63,662 bases of DNA, filler included, from Asterionella formosa (GCA_002256025.1; 11 parts of 11 records of this genome joined end to end with filler, not necessarily neighbours in it), one strand, 5' to 3'. Counted from the first letter of the whole stretch, positions 51,050 through 63,662 are shown. A program made the numbers and translations. The notes: generated from the sequence alone by a model not told the origin.

Positions 51050-52539
51050 CTTTGCTTGACACCAGAGAGTATGAGGTCGAGTTCTTTGACGGACACTCAG
51101 AGGCATTGTATTCTAACCTTATTGCTCAGAGTTTGTTTTCACAGATAGACGAGGAGGGCGAACGACACGTACTTCTCGACGACATTATCGATCATAAGCG
51201 GAATGCGACGGCACTCGACAAAGAGGACGCGTTCATCACAATGTCTAACGGTGTCAAGCGGCGGAGACAGACGACTCAAGGGTGGCAACTCCTGTGCCAA
51301 TGGAGGGACGGGAGTACCACTTGGGTCGCACTTAAGGATATGAAGCAATCGTACCCCATACAGGTGGTGGAGTACTCAATTGCTAATCGTATTGATGACG
51401 AGGCAGCGTTCGCGTGGTGGGTGCCGACTCTTCTAAAGAAACGGGACCGAGTCCTAGCAAAGGTAAAGTCTAAGTATTGGCAGCGAACTCATAAATACGG
51501 TATACGGATACCAAAGTCCGTCGAAGAGGCGTTAGCGATTGATAAAGCCAATGGCAACACATTATGGTGGGACACCATCTGCAAGGAAATTAAAAATGTG
51601 CGACCGGCATTTGAAAAGTGGGAAAAGCGAGAGGGAGACCTTCTGCCAGGGTACCAAAAGATAAGGTGTCATTTCGTGTTCGACATCAAAATGGGCGAAA
51701 ATTTTCGGCGTAAGGCGAGACTAGTTGCTGACGGAAGCCGGACGGAAACGCCCGCAGCCCTGACGTATTCGTCATTTGTGTCGAGGGACTCAGTGCGCAT
51801 TGCCTTATTGGTTGCTTCATTGAACGACTTACAACTTCTTGCTTGCGATATTCAAAACGCTTATCTAACCGCAGATTGCAGAGAGAAAATTTACATAATT
51901 GCAGGGCCGGAATTTGGGTTGGAAGCGGGAGCTACCATGGTGGTGAAGAAAGCGCTGTATGGGCTCAAATCTAGCGGTGCGGCATTCAGAGCGCATCTCG
52001 CAGAAACCCTCCATGATTTGGGTTACTTGCCCACGAAAGGGGACCCTGATGTATGGATTCAACCGGCAGTAAAACCGGATGGGTTTGAGTACTACGAAAT
52101 GATTCTTGTATATGTTGATGAAAATCTTTGCATTTCAGCGCAGCCTAGAGCGACTATGAGCGGGATACAGTCGACCTTCAGATTGAAGGACGATAAAGTC
52201 GAGAAGCCGGAAAATTACCTGGGAGCCCAGGTAATGCAGAAAATAGTCGACGGAGTTGAGTGTTGGGCCATGACTTCTGAGCAGTATGTCAAGGCGGCCA
52301 TTGCCAACGTAGAGTTCAAACTCGACGAGTCGGGTCAGCGGCTTCCAATGAGGTGCACTACCCCATTGAAGGGGAATTATAGACCGGAACTGGATATTTC
52401 TGCCAAACTCACCTGGGATACTGATTTTTGTGAATCGGGCTCCAATTATATGGTACAGTAAGCGACAGAACACTGTCGAGACATCGACGTTTGGTAGCGA
52501 ATTTGTGGCTTTGAAGATCTCGGTCGAACTGATCGAGGC
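51050..52539 (+). mobile_element. CoDi-type copia pol fragment (RT) with an internal deletion fusing it to RNase H
   Basis: RKARLVA, DIQNAYL, ALYGLKSSG, and YVDE in place of YVDD. After about 52408 a shifted frame reads GILIFVNRAPIIWYSKRQNTVETSTFGSEFVA. Confidence 0.92.
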
Positions 52540-52639
52540 NNNNNNNNNNNNNNNNNNNNNNNNNNNNNNNNNNNNNNNNNNNNTTAATTAATTAANNNNN
52601 NNNNNNNNNNNNNNNNNNNNNNNNNNNNNNNNNNNNNNN

Positions 52640-53819
52640 AATTAAGTCGTACGCAACGCCGGGTGTACCAGGAAAGACATTGAACAAGAATGACGGTGAA
52701 GTCATTATGGAAGGAGAATATCGAAAAATTGTGGGCAAGTTACTATGGTCTACAAAGAAGGATTCGCCGGACTGTGCGAATGCGGTTCGGGAACTATCGG
52801 CTCATTTAAGTTGCCCAGGTGAAGAACAATGGCATGCAGTGGCAAGAGTCATTGGTTACCTATCCAATATGGAGGATAGAGTTCTCAAGTTGCGTAAGCC
52901 AAAAGAGTTAAGAGTCATTGCCTACGTGGACAGTGACTGGGCTGCTAATAAGGTTAACAGGAAGAGCACGACTGGCTATCTTGTTACTATTGGCGGGGCA
53001 CTTATCAGTTGGCAGTCGAAGGGACAACAAACGGTTACGCTGTCCAGTACGGAAGCCGAGTATGTGGCGATGTCCCAGTGTGGACAAGAGATCAAGTTTA
53101 TAGCAATGCTACTGAATGAGGTTACTGGTGGTAAGGTCATGTTACCAAGTATCCTACGAGAAGACAATACAGGAGCTATTTTTATCGCGAAGAATCAGCA
53201 AATCGGAACCAGGACAAAACATATTGATATTAAGTATCATCATGTAAAGGACATGATTGAGGATGAAGAATTGGAAGTCATTTTTATAAGGTCGGAAGAT
53301 AATTTTGCGGACATTATGACCAAGAACGTGAAGGAACAGATTCATACGAGATTGTCCGAACCAGTTCAGAGTGGAACGATGTTACAGCCTCTTGAGCGTG
53401 GCAATGGGGAGGATGTCAAGAATATTAGCCCGAGTCACAAGGATTGTGGACTCGATTGTAATCGAACGAGTCGAATATTGCATTGCCACGTCAATCAGCT
53501 GTCTAACGAGATCAGAGATTGAAGATTTCTATGGAAATGTTAAGTGGAAACTCGAAGAGAGTCTTAGAATGACTTTGCAGGAAGCAAAGATGCATGGAAA
53601 GGAAACATTTAGTTTAGCTTATAATTTAATTTGAGATTTAGATTATCAACCGAGGAAACAGTGTGTTAATTGACAGGAAGGTCAATTAGTCTATCTAGCA
53701 GGAAGGCTAGAAGCAGAGACAAGAGAGAAAGTGAGTGGTACTAGGTAGTACTACGATCACGTAAGAGTCTACGTGAAGAGAGACCCAACCCGCGGGAAGG
53801 AGTACGGACCATTTCAACA
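52640..53819 (+). mobile_element. Ty1/copia 3' end: RNase H, polypurine tract and probable 3' LTR (53414-53819)
   Basis: YVDSDWA, LSSTEAEY, EDNTGA, TKHIDIKYH, ADIMTK. GGGGAGGA is followed by TGTCAAG...TTTCAACA. Confidence 0.85.
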
Positions 53820-54229
53820 GGTTCTGTGGTACCAGGGTGGTACATGCAAAAAATTCAACCCCCAGTGCAACCATTTATGGCCGTAGTGAAAGCTAGTGTA
53901 CTAGCAGTCAACTAGCACTATGTACAAAGGTAAACTACAAGCTACCCTGGTACCGGTATAAAAAGGCATGACCAAATTCATGAAACAACGTTTCGACTTC
54001 ACTATGGCTCAACAGTGCAGCATAACCAGTTTGAGGCGCTTGCAAGTTGCAAACAAGTGCCACAACTGGGAGTTGATATTCTTTGGAATTCAAGCCTAAT
54101 GAACAACCACATCGAATCGCAAAATGTGCNNNNNNNNNNNNNNNNNNNNNNNNNNNNNNNNNNNNNNNNNNNNTTAATTAATTAANNNNNNNNNNNNNNN
54201 NNNNNNNNNNNNNNNNNNNNNNNNNNNNN

Positions 54230-55046
54230 TTTTTGATGCTTGCATGGTGTGCTTGATTGATCTCTTCATCCTCAATTTCAATCGTCACTCCAATAAATGC
54301 ATATTCTGTTTCTTCGCATGTAATGTAGACCTTAGTGTCTTCAACATATTCATAGTCAAAAAACGTCTTGTTGTTTGGAGTCAAGTTAATTATTTCAAAA
54401 TCATCATCTGTATCAGACTTTTCATCATGGATTTCGATCGTTTCAACAATACCAACAAACATTCCAGTTTCTTTCTTTTCCTTTGTTTTCTTTTCTTCAG
54501 GACAATCCTTAGCAATGTGACCTGCATACTTGTTGCAATTGAAACATTTGACACCTTTGCCTTTCGTTTCTTTGTTTGCGCCTGCTGTATTGCTCTTGGA
54601 TCGGCAGTCAGCTGCCTTGTGTCCTTGCTTTCCACAATTCTTGCAAAGTCCCTTGAATTTACCACTTTCAAACAAAGCAATCTCGTTGTTATTTAGATCC
54701 TTGAACTTCCTTTTGTAGAATGCACGAAGTTTAGATTTCAAATCTGATAAAGTAATAGTACCCATTCCTTCAATAACAGTAATGACTTCACTGTACTCTT
54801 TAGGTAACTTGTTCATCATGTGCGCAATGACTTCAACCTCTTTCTTTTCAAATGATGAATCAATTTGACGCATTCTGTTCTTGATGTTATCGAGAGCAAT
54901 GAACCATTCATCTGGGTCTGCTTTAGTACTCTCCAATGTACAATCATTGAATTCACCTGTTAGCTGAATCAAATCAGTAACTTGATGAGCAGCATATCGA
55001 TCCTCCAAATACTGACAGGCAAGAAAAGCATCTCCATCCATCAAAT
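54230..55046 (-). mobile_element. Second near-identical copy of the copia gag at 50100-50915
   Basis: Colinear with the 49459-50949 contig, with scattered substitutions. Confidence 0.93.
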
Positions 55047-55719
55047 GCCTATTTGGTGTCTACTGATGATGACGAGAAGAAGAAGTATGAGTTGAATGAC
55101 AACTATCAATAAGTCTACTCCATGCATGGCTCCGCTTACTCAGGATTTCGCTGATGCCAACTTTGTTGGTGCTGTTCTTGATCGCCTTGCTTACCCTGGA
55201 AGAGTCATTTTGATCAATGGCACTGCAATTTTCACTCTATGTCGCAAACAAAGTACTACATCTTACAATACAACTGAGGCTGAATTAGATGCTGCTACCA
55301 CATTGTCTAAACATGTTTTATGGCTCCTCCGCATCTATATGGAAGATATTTCTCTGCCATACCACGCCCCAGTCCCCATAGGTGAAGATAATTCTGCTGC
55401 CCAAATTATTGCTCATGCAGGGAAACTTACACGCAATGTTCGTCATATTGCCACTAAAATGCAGACTCTCCAAGAACATGTCCGTCATGCCCATGTATCA
55501 TTTCACCGTTTTTCATCTACTTGCAATCTAGCTGATCACTTCACTAAGGCATTACCTTTTGCGACTTTGCGTGCACACTGCATGACTATGATGGGATATG
55601 CTTTTATTGATCATCTTCATCAGGCCCTTGTTCATTCACTTGATTCCTTTCCACCCGTGCTCTGACAACTGCTGATTTCTTTCTCTTTTCTATCTCCATT
55701 CTTGATGAGATGGGGGGGG
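55047..55719 (+). mobile_element. Decayed copia RNase H fragment from a different family, ending in a polypurine tract
   Basis: FADANF, TTEAELDA, GEDNSAA, RHIA, NLADHFTKAL; GAGATGGGGGGGG at the contig end. Confidence 0.8.
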
Positions 55720-56911
55720 NNNNNNNNNNNNNNNNNNNNNNNNNNNNNNNNNNNNNNNNNNNNTTAATTAATTAANNNNNNNNNNNNNNNNNNNNNNNNN
55801 NNNNNNNNNNNNNNNNNNNAATATTTCAATGAAGGAAAGGTATATATGCAATGCAGATAGGCAGCATTGAATATTCACGATTGTTCTACTAAGTGAGTGG
55901 AGTTGAGTTGTCAGTTGAGAATTGAATGTCTAACAACACAATGAATATCTATATACAAATTTGGGAAGAGAACCTTAATAATTGGTCATGTGAACGATTA
56001 CAAGATAGATCAGATAAGCTCACAATAAGGTGGGATTAGAACAGAAGGTTTTAATACACTGAGCTTGTCTAGAAAGAGCTAGCATTGCAGTCAAACTGCA
56101 GAAGAATTTAACACCTCGTACCTTGTACCAGGTACCGATACAAGGCATAATACATGTACACAATATCATAAAACAAAATAAACTTCGGGTATACTCCTAT
56201 ATACTGTATTTATACAATGTACAGTTATATTGTTTGATTACCGGTATATAGCGTACCCGGTCTGCATCTTCTGACAAATATTCGCAATATTCGGACTTTT
56301 CCGGAACTCCCTTTATGCATACCGGTATCAAATACCGATTCATAATGGTACCTGGTACCAGGTACAGTACCAGACTACCGGATACCACCCTGGAACAATT
56401 GACTTCATGTCAGTATATGGTTGTTAGTAAATAGCTACCAGTAAAAAACTGCTGTGACCCACTAAAAAAAATTTGGAACCACTGTGACCCACTGAACAGG
56501 AGAAAAATACGGTTTGACCCTTCAAAATGCAGATTTGTTAATTTTAAAACTTCGACCCCAATCCTGAGCATGTACGCTCTAAAGCTACCGGTATGCCATT
56601 AGATAAAGTTTATAGCAATTGGTTTCTCCTAAAATATTGGTTGAAAAGTGCGATCGACGAAAATATTGCCAGAACACGGATTACCCCATGTTTTGAGGAC
56701 TCACTGTTATATGATATACGCAGCTTGATACAAAAATATCGCCTTCGATTTATTTGTTGTATGATTCCTGTCATATCCTTATCCCTGTCACTTGATAGTG
56801 CCTAAGTAACTTGAGCATCATAAAATAAGCGCCCTTTCACCCATACACTTGAAAGGAAATGTGAACATACCACCAGTATAGAATTTTTAGCTCATAATAT
56901 GCATCCAAACT

Positions 56912-57199
56912 ATGGCAAAAAAGAAATCGAATGTGCCTTCGGGCAAGTCGGCTCAGTCTATTAGCAGCACAAACAAAGCCAGGATGATTGAACATTGCCT
57001 ATTAAACATCTCTACAAATATGGAAGTGTTGAAAGCGAACAATAATGGAAAACTACCATATGGCGCAATTTCTCGTGCTGTGCACGATGTAGAAGAACTT
57101 GTCCCATGGGTGACTACACAGAAAGTGAAATACTTTCTAAGGAAAATGAGGTTATCTGGTGGCACCAGTAGCTACCAGCATGGACAAACAGCCTGCTGA
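56912..57199 (+). pseudogene. Possible N-terminal fragment of a DNA-transposon protein
   Basis: Short basic helical ORF (NNGKLPYGAISRAV..PWVT) downstream of repeated CTGTGACCCACT motifs at about 56450-56495. No catalytic domain is visible. Confidence 0.25.
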
Positions 57200-58217
57200 G
57201 GAGGATGTGCATGAAGAATCACAAGAAAGCGAAATATCTATGCTGACAATGGAAGGTGTAGAAAATTACAGCTATAGCAGAAAAATTCATTATCATTCTT
57301 CCATTAATNNNNNNNNNNNNNNNNNNNNNNNNNNNNNNNNNNNNNNNNNNNNTTAATTAATTAANNNNNNNNNNNNNNNNNNNNNNNNNNNNNNNNNNNN
57401 NNNNNNNNTCCATTCTCATTGACTAGCTATTGGCGAGCATGTTTGTATGCTGCAGAATTAGAGCCGCAACATCACTAATCAGGAAGTAGCTTCATTTCAT
57501 TCAGGAAATAGTAGCATCACATGAGCCTTGAATAGCAGGGGGTTCGAAATAACAATTGTAACTTTGCTTAATAACATTGTACTATCCCATTGTTTTAAGA
57601 AATCTCTTTATCGGCAACATCAGAGGCACTACATAGGACAGCCTAACCCCATTGCCACACATATACTACTTTCCACAAAGTGACCGCTTTATATATATAG
57701 CTTAAATACTATACGTAGTGTAGCTTGTCCCACACATATGTTCTTGCCACTCCGAAGTGTAAAATATTTATGAGGGTACCAGAACCATTATTCAATCAAT
57801 AGCTGATTCCAATGTCGCACAGCAACAATGGTTGTCGAAATGAGTCCAATGATATTGATAAACTTCTCCCTTATTGGGGCGTTTCAAATGATCCCTGTAT
57901 TTTTACTAATTGAAGACCACTGTGTGCTCATTCTGATAGATGATGCACAGTGGAAATTATGGGTGACCGGAAGGCCAAGTAGAATATTTGAGTATTAAAT
58001 AGCAATCCATTTAATTCGATTTGTGTTCATCATTGATCGAACATGATAATGGGTTTGATCAATGAGAGGAATAAGTTAGATCAGTAGTAATGAATGTTAG
58101 ATCGAAAGCTAAAAATTCTATTTGATATTCTTAGCAATCCAAAGGTTATGCTGAATGAATAACTGATTTGATCTCATGATTACTATTTTTAGATCGAACA
58201 CCAAAACATTAGTTGAT

Positions 58218-58308
58218 ATCAATCAGTATTTTTGTATGATCAATCAGTATTTCTGTATGATCAATCAGTAATTCTGTATGATCAATCAGTTTTTTTAATG
58301 ATCAATCA
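58218..58308 (+). repeat. Minisatellite, ~21-nt unit TGATCAATCAGTATTTCTGTA, 4-5 copies
   Basis: ATCAATCA recurs at about 21-nt spacing. Confidence 0.9.
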
Positions 58309-58997
58309 AAAAATAATACATCATACTGAGAATTTTTGGGGCAGTGGGTCTTACAGCAAAACTGTTAGGCCTAATGGTTTTTTTTAACAGACGTTGCGAA
58401 AGACAACTTTACTACTAATTGTTTGATTGCAATCTGCCCTTATTTGATTGAGGAAAACGGAGCGAAATGGATCTCGAGAAATATCGCGACATGATTCGTG
58501 ATGTAAGCAACAACCAACCCTCATGAGCACAAAACAGGTACGGAGCGAATCATTTAAAAATGAATTTGAAGTGATAAATTAAATATCTATTCGAATTAGT
58601 ATGTGTTATCAGCTGCAAATCTTCGAAGTGCTATCAGGTATGAATTGATGGAGAAAATCGAAGCGATGTGGTTGTCAGCAACTGGGTGCATGAAGTATAT
58701 CAACAATCATCCTTACCACTGATATTGTCAGCATCTAATATGAATTCTCTTATTTTTTACATAAACTTTATTTCATATGAATTCTAAAGATACAAAATAT
58801 ATGAATAACATACCTGCATTGTGAATATGTCTGGAATGGCATCGTGATGCTGAGTGTCTTGACCTCAGCTAATGAATAGGTATGGTACCAGGTACCGNNN
58901 NNNNNNNNNNNNNNNNNNNNNNNNNNNNNNNNNNNNNNNNNTTAATTAATTAANNNNNNNNNNNNNNNNNNNNNNNNNNNNNNNNNNNNNNNNNNNN

Positions 58998-59913
58998 CAC
59001 CAGATGGCTGTGGGGCACCACTGGTGGTGGGCACCCTTAACATCAACGGGCTGCAGCGGAAAAAAACCGATCTTCGGTTTCTGTTGCAACAAACCCGGTG
59101 TGATGTTATGGCGGTGCAGGAGACACTGCTCCGATCAACGGATTGGCAGCTTCGTTTGCCAGGTTACCATTGCCTCACAGCAATGGGGGACCTGACAGTG
59201 TCGCAGCGAGGTGTGGCAATACTGGTGTCGACCAAATTCAACTGTACCCCAGTTGGTAAGGCCACACCATTTTGGACTTTTGCGAGAGTCTATGGGGCCA
59301 CGCTCTTGAGGCCTATTCTTGTGGGAACAATTTATGTCCCATGCAGAGCGGATCGCATCCGAGTGCTCAGGGCCCTGCCCCGAGCCTTGGACGCTCTGCA
59401 TCGGGAGTTTCCAGAAGATCCCATTGTGATGATGGGAGACTTCAACATGAAGATGACGGAGTTGCAGATTCTGATGGGACCGTGGCGGCTTCCCTTTCGG
59501 GTGTTACCCATCCAAAGGGGGGGGCCTCCACTCGCCAAAGCCGGCGGGAGGGACAGCCAACACCTGCCAATGATTTCATCACATATTGTGGTGACACAGT
59601 GGCGGCTGTCCCCCCTGCCAGGGTCCTCGACACATGGGATATTTCGGACCACTTCCCAGTTGTTGCGGACCCATCTGGGCTTACCAGAATCCCAGAGATG
59701 GGGATTGCCCCACCACGGCCGGAATCACTGTACCGGCGGATTGTGATGGAGGAGAAGGAACTCAAAGTAACCGCAACTGTGGCTAGTAGTAACTATTGGC
59801 AGCCACTAGCTGACTCGCTGGAAGAGGACCTGGAGGATGTAATCGAGTGTTCACATTCACTTGAAAACCCCACCAGTTACCACCAGGAAAGGTTGAATGG
59901 TATGGCCAAGAAG
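58998..59913 (+). mobile_element. Non-LTR retrotransposon (LINE) AP-endonuclease domain, frameshifted
   Basis: GTLNINGL, DVMAVQET, GTIYVP and MGDFN, then after a frameshift near the G-run at 59517-59524 NDFITY and DISDHFPVV. Confidence 0.88.
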
Positions 59914-60486
59914 TCGATGATGTTGATCATCTCAATTGACTGGGAAGCTGTATAGAATCAGATTGTATCCAAATCTCAAAATGGGAACAATGACTTACAC
60001 CATAGAATGGTCATCATGTCATGTTGCTGCAATAGTACACAAACTTCAAATTATAGGTTTCTACTACTGGATATTCCATAACTTTACAACTATGCGACCT
60101 TTCCATGATGTTGGACATCTCAATTGTCTGGGTAGCTGTATGGAATGAGATTGTATCCTTATCTCGATATTGGAAAAATGACTAACGCCATAGATTGGTC
60201 ATCATGTCATGTTTCAGCATAAACACACAAAATTCAAATGATAGTTTTCTATCACTGGATATTCCATAACTTTGCAACTATGCAACCTCTCGATGAAGTT
60301 GGACATCTCAATTGACTGGGAAGCTGTATAGCATCAGATTGTATCCAAATCTCAAAAAGGGAACAATGACTTACACCATAGAATGGTCATCATGTCATGT
60401 TGCTGCAATAATACACAAACATCAAATTATAGTTTTCTACCTCTGGATATTCCATAACTTTACAGCTATGAGACCTCTTCATGATG
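59914..60486 (+). repeat. Satellite with 188-bp monomer (3 copies, running into the contig end)
   Basis: CATCTCAATTG starts at 59928, 60116 and 60304. Confidence 0.93.
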
Positions 60487-62174
60487 NNNNNNNNNNNNNN
60501 NNNNNNNNNNNNNNNNNNNNNNNNNNNNNNTTAATTAATTAANNNNNNNNNNNNNNNNNNNNNNNNNNNNNNNNNNNNNNNNNNNNGGCTATGCCATGTG
60601 GCCGAAAATTTCAAAGCACATTCATTAGATATACTATTCAAGGGGTTTATTACGAGAACGAGGCAGCATGCCAAACACATACAATGTCAACCTACTCGGA
60701 TCTGGAGAATTCCGCAGTTTTCTTAAGCGATCCCGTTCGTGCTCACATTTGAAGTCGCCCGCCTAGCTAATTTACAACGATTTAGTTAGCTTTCACATTA
60801 CTATAGTAAAATATATATCCTTGTGTGCTCACATTTATTTTTTCTTGAGGTTCTTGTTGCGGCCCAGGCTTAACCCTAGTTTGGAGAAAACATCTCTAGG
60901 GTTGTAGAATTGGTAGGGAACAGGGAGTTCATTTGCTTCTGTGAATTCCCATGATTAGAGTGTTCGTTTGAATACCAGTATTTAAATTGAACAATAGTAA
61001 TTGGCGCCAGATTGATAGAGTAACATTTCAAACTATTGATACATTGATAGTATATCTTCTTTCGCTCGTGAATGTAGATATGATATTAGTACTCCATGCC
61101 AAAACACATACCGGTGTATTTAAATCAGTAACAGCCAGTATGCTAGTATGTAAAATCATGGGTCTTGTTCAAATGATATGTATTCATATAGCTATGTTGA
61201 ATCTTCGTTGCTGGATGTAGATTTAATATTTCGCTATTGCACGTTACAGGCATATACACCAGAAAATCAGGATGATGTATGTAATCTTGCTTGGTTCATG
61301 ATTCATGATGATGGGAAAACTACTGGCACTAGTAGCACCTATTTTATTTACCAGTTACAGTACATCTAATATATATGGTTCAAGTGTTGCTGGCGTGATT
61401 TTACAAGATCAGGAGACTCTAGCCAATCTGGAGAAGGTAAAAAAATTCAATTCAAGTGTTGTGATGCAGGAACTTACCATGGAGTCTTTTCGGATTACGC
61501 AAAACTCCAATGTCTTCAAAAACGTTTTATTTAAATTCTGATTCCCATATTTTGGGTAACTGTTGAAAAAGCCGATTGGGTCGGCTTTTTGGAAGGGGAT
61601 TGCTAGACATCTGCAGGGTTTCATGAAGATAAAATACCAGTAGATAGCCGAGTACTCTATAATGTCAGGAGTTAACTTCTGGAGAGAAACTGCAGTTATG
61701 TATGGCAGATTTTTTAAAGCTTCACAGCCCCTTTTTGACTATTTTTGGGATAGTTATGAATCTATGATACATAACTGCAGTTTCTCTCCAGAAATGAGGT
61801 TCATACCATATCTGAATACGAACATTCCCCTAAGTCGAGCAATGACTTTATCTAAGGATATGCAAAGTGGTCATATTGGTGAAAGCTAATTTCATCTGTA
61901 ACTATTTTATTTAGTTGTACGTAGTAGCTAGTAATATGTGGATTAACGTACATCATATTAATATTTTGGCAAATTACAGACCTCGTGAGGTGGCCACAAC
62001 CTTAAAGATGCTTGTACTAACAAGAATATGGAAAATTTATAAAAACAAAGTTTGTTAATAGAAGTTATTGCTATNNNNNNNNNNNNNNNNNNNNNNNNNN
62101 NNNNNNNNNNNNNNNNNNTTAATTAATTAANNNNNNNNNNNNNNNNNNNNNNNNNNNNNNNNNNNNNNNNNNNN

Positions 62175-63662
62175 AAGATCAGTAATATAAAAATACTTGA
62201 TGTTGAAATGTCGCGTGCATTTTCCTGAACTTGCTTTTCCATTTGCTTCTAGCTTCATTGTGCTAGTGTTGTCACGGTAAATGACATTTGTAGTCACCTT
62301 GTGTCCTTGTGCTTCAATAAATAATTTTGTCCACAACACCTTTGATATAATGTCATCGACACCAACCAATTCTGCTTCAGTTGAACTTCTAGTGTTCACT
62401 TTCTGTTTCGTAGACATAGAACAGATAATTCCGTTTCCAAGTGACATTGTAGCTCCTGTGTGACTTTTAAAATCTTTGTGCACTGCAAACGCCGCATCAA
62501 CGTACCATTTAATGCTCTGAGTGTCATCAGCACTCATAGATGCAACCTCATTCTGAGTTGCTTTCAAGAAATTCATGATCTTGACTAATTTTACCCAATC
62601 ACCTTCATTCAGTTCAGTAGTTCGGGTTGCCAGAAATGCAATTCCTGGTTGAATGTCCTGTCTTCCTTGCTTACATAGGAACATTCCTTTCATAACAAAA
62701 GTATGAATTATTTTTGCTTTTTCATATTCAAGCTTCTTTGATTTCGTATCAACTGTGAACAATTTATCTGTCCATGGGAATTTTCCAACACCTTCAAGTT
62801 TCACTGGAAAATCATCATTCATTGATTTCACATATTTGGTCATGTCCACCCTCAACACTCCTGGAATAGAGTAATCTAGTGTCATCGCCAAATAATCATG
62901 CTTCTTTCCACGCATGACCTTGACTTCACCACTTTCGTCAGAAGCGTATTTCTGTTTGAGCCATTCCAAAAATTGATCATTCACTTTGCTGTACACGTGA
63001 CTTGATTTCAAATCGTCTACGTGCCAAGTAACTGTGTGCTGTTTGCCATTAACAATGCGATTTGCAACACATGGATCATATGGGTTTACCTTGAATCCAA
63101 TTGATTCAATATCCTTCCGAAATTTCTTGTAATATAATAATGATGACTGTAACATGCCATGTAATGCCTTGATCATCCTAACATATAGGACCTTGTTGTT
63201 CTCTTCATAAACAACATATTTTTCATAAGTCTCGGGGCTGAGTTCTGTCAACATATTGACAAGCAAACCTCTAATCTTCATAATGATTCGTTCCCCTTTT
63301 TCTTTCTCATCGATATCCACTTGCACAAATGCATTGGGTATATCTGCAGTCATAACATCGCGATTTTGCTTCGCATCAATTGTTGCTGTTATCATAACAG
63401 ATTCAGTCATGGTAGTTGGACTAGCTGCTTCATCTCTTTCCATGTACTCACGTTGCGAACTGCCATTGGCACATGCTCTGCCTTTAATGCTCTTGTCTCT
63501 CTTTTCAACCAAAAAAATTAGACTTTCCATTGCACGTCGCTTTTCGATATCGGTTAGGTCTTCAATCCTAATCGGTTCAAACACAACTCTATCATGTAGT
63601 TGTTTCATTTCCTTATAAGCAGCGTCTCTTCCTTTCTGGCCAAATTTCTTGAGGCCTTTCCT
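62175..63662 (-). mobile_element. CoDi-type copia reverse transcriptase and RNase H fragment
   Basis: IKGRACANG, DIPNAFVQ, HVDDLKSSH, YVDAAFAVH, SSTEAELV, DNTS, RHFNIKYF. Confidence 0.93.

Noticed and set aside
58218..58308. CRISPR-like array (also considered for 31590-31980 and 59914-60486)
   Set aside because: Contiguous tandem units without unique spacers, no cas genes, eukaryotic context.
60900..61900. Fragmented gene in contig 60587-62074
   Set aside because: Several short ORFs with no recognisable motif or consistent splice model.
49359..63662. A single full-length copia or TE island assembled from neighbouring fragments
   Set aside because: Fragments are separate contigs from different families joined by artificial linkers.

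Overview
Eukaryotic nuclear DNA, most likely a diatom. This is inferred from short GT-AG introns, diatom-type (CoDi-like) Ty1/copia elements, an HSF gene and bipartite signal-plus-transit N-termini. The window is not one locus: 100-nt linkers (44 N + TTAATTAATTAA + 44 N) join two ~24.6-kb scaffolds (1-24648, 24749-49358) and nine ~1.49-kb contigs ordered by decreasing length. Scaffold 1 carries two tandem aquaglyceroporins, an MYND/MSS51-like gene, a bacterial-type CoaD, a bacterial-type RlmF, dUTPase, an FHA protein, a decayed PIF/Harbinger element, an unknown polytopic membrane protein and an HSF. Scaffold 2 carries a protein kinase, a decayed copia, a Ginger-like DNA transposon, a Crypton-like tyrosine recombinase pseudogene, delta-COP, PPIL3, an NDR kinase and a doubled GGCT plus cytochrome-b5-like protein. 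The small contigs are mostly copia/LINE fragments and tandem repeats. The most notable unannotated signals are a 204-bp tRNA-headed SINE-like insertion with a perfect 19-bp target-site duplication (17753-17956) and an iterated GGTACC/ACCWGGT/ACCGGT palindrome family clustered in intergenic DNA upstream of genes.
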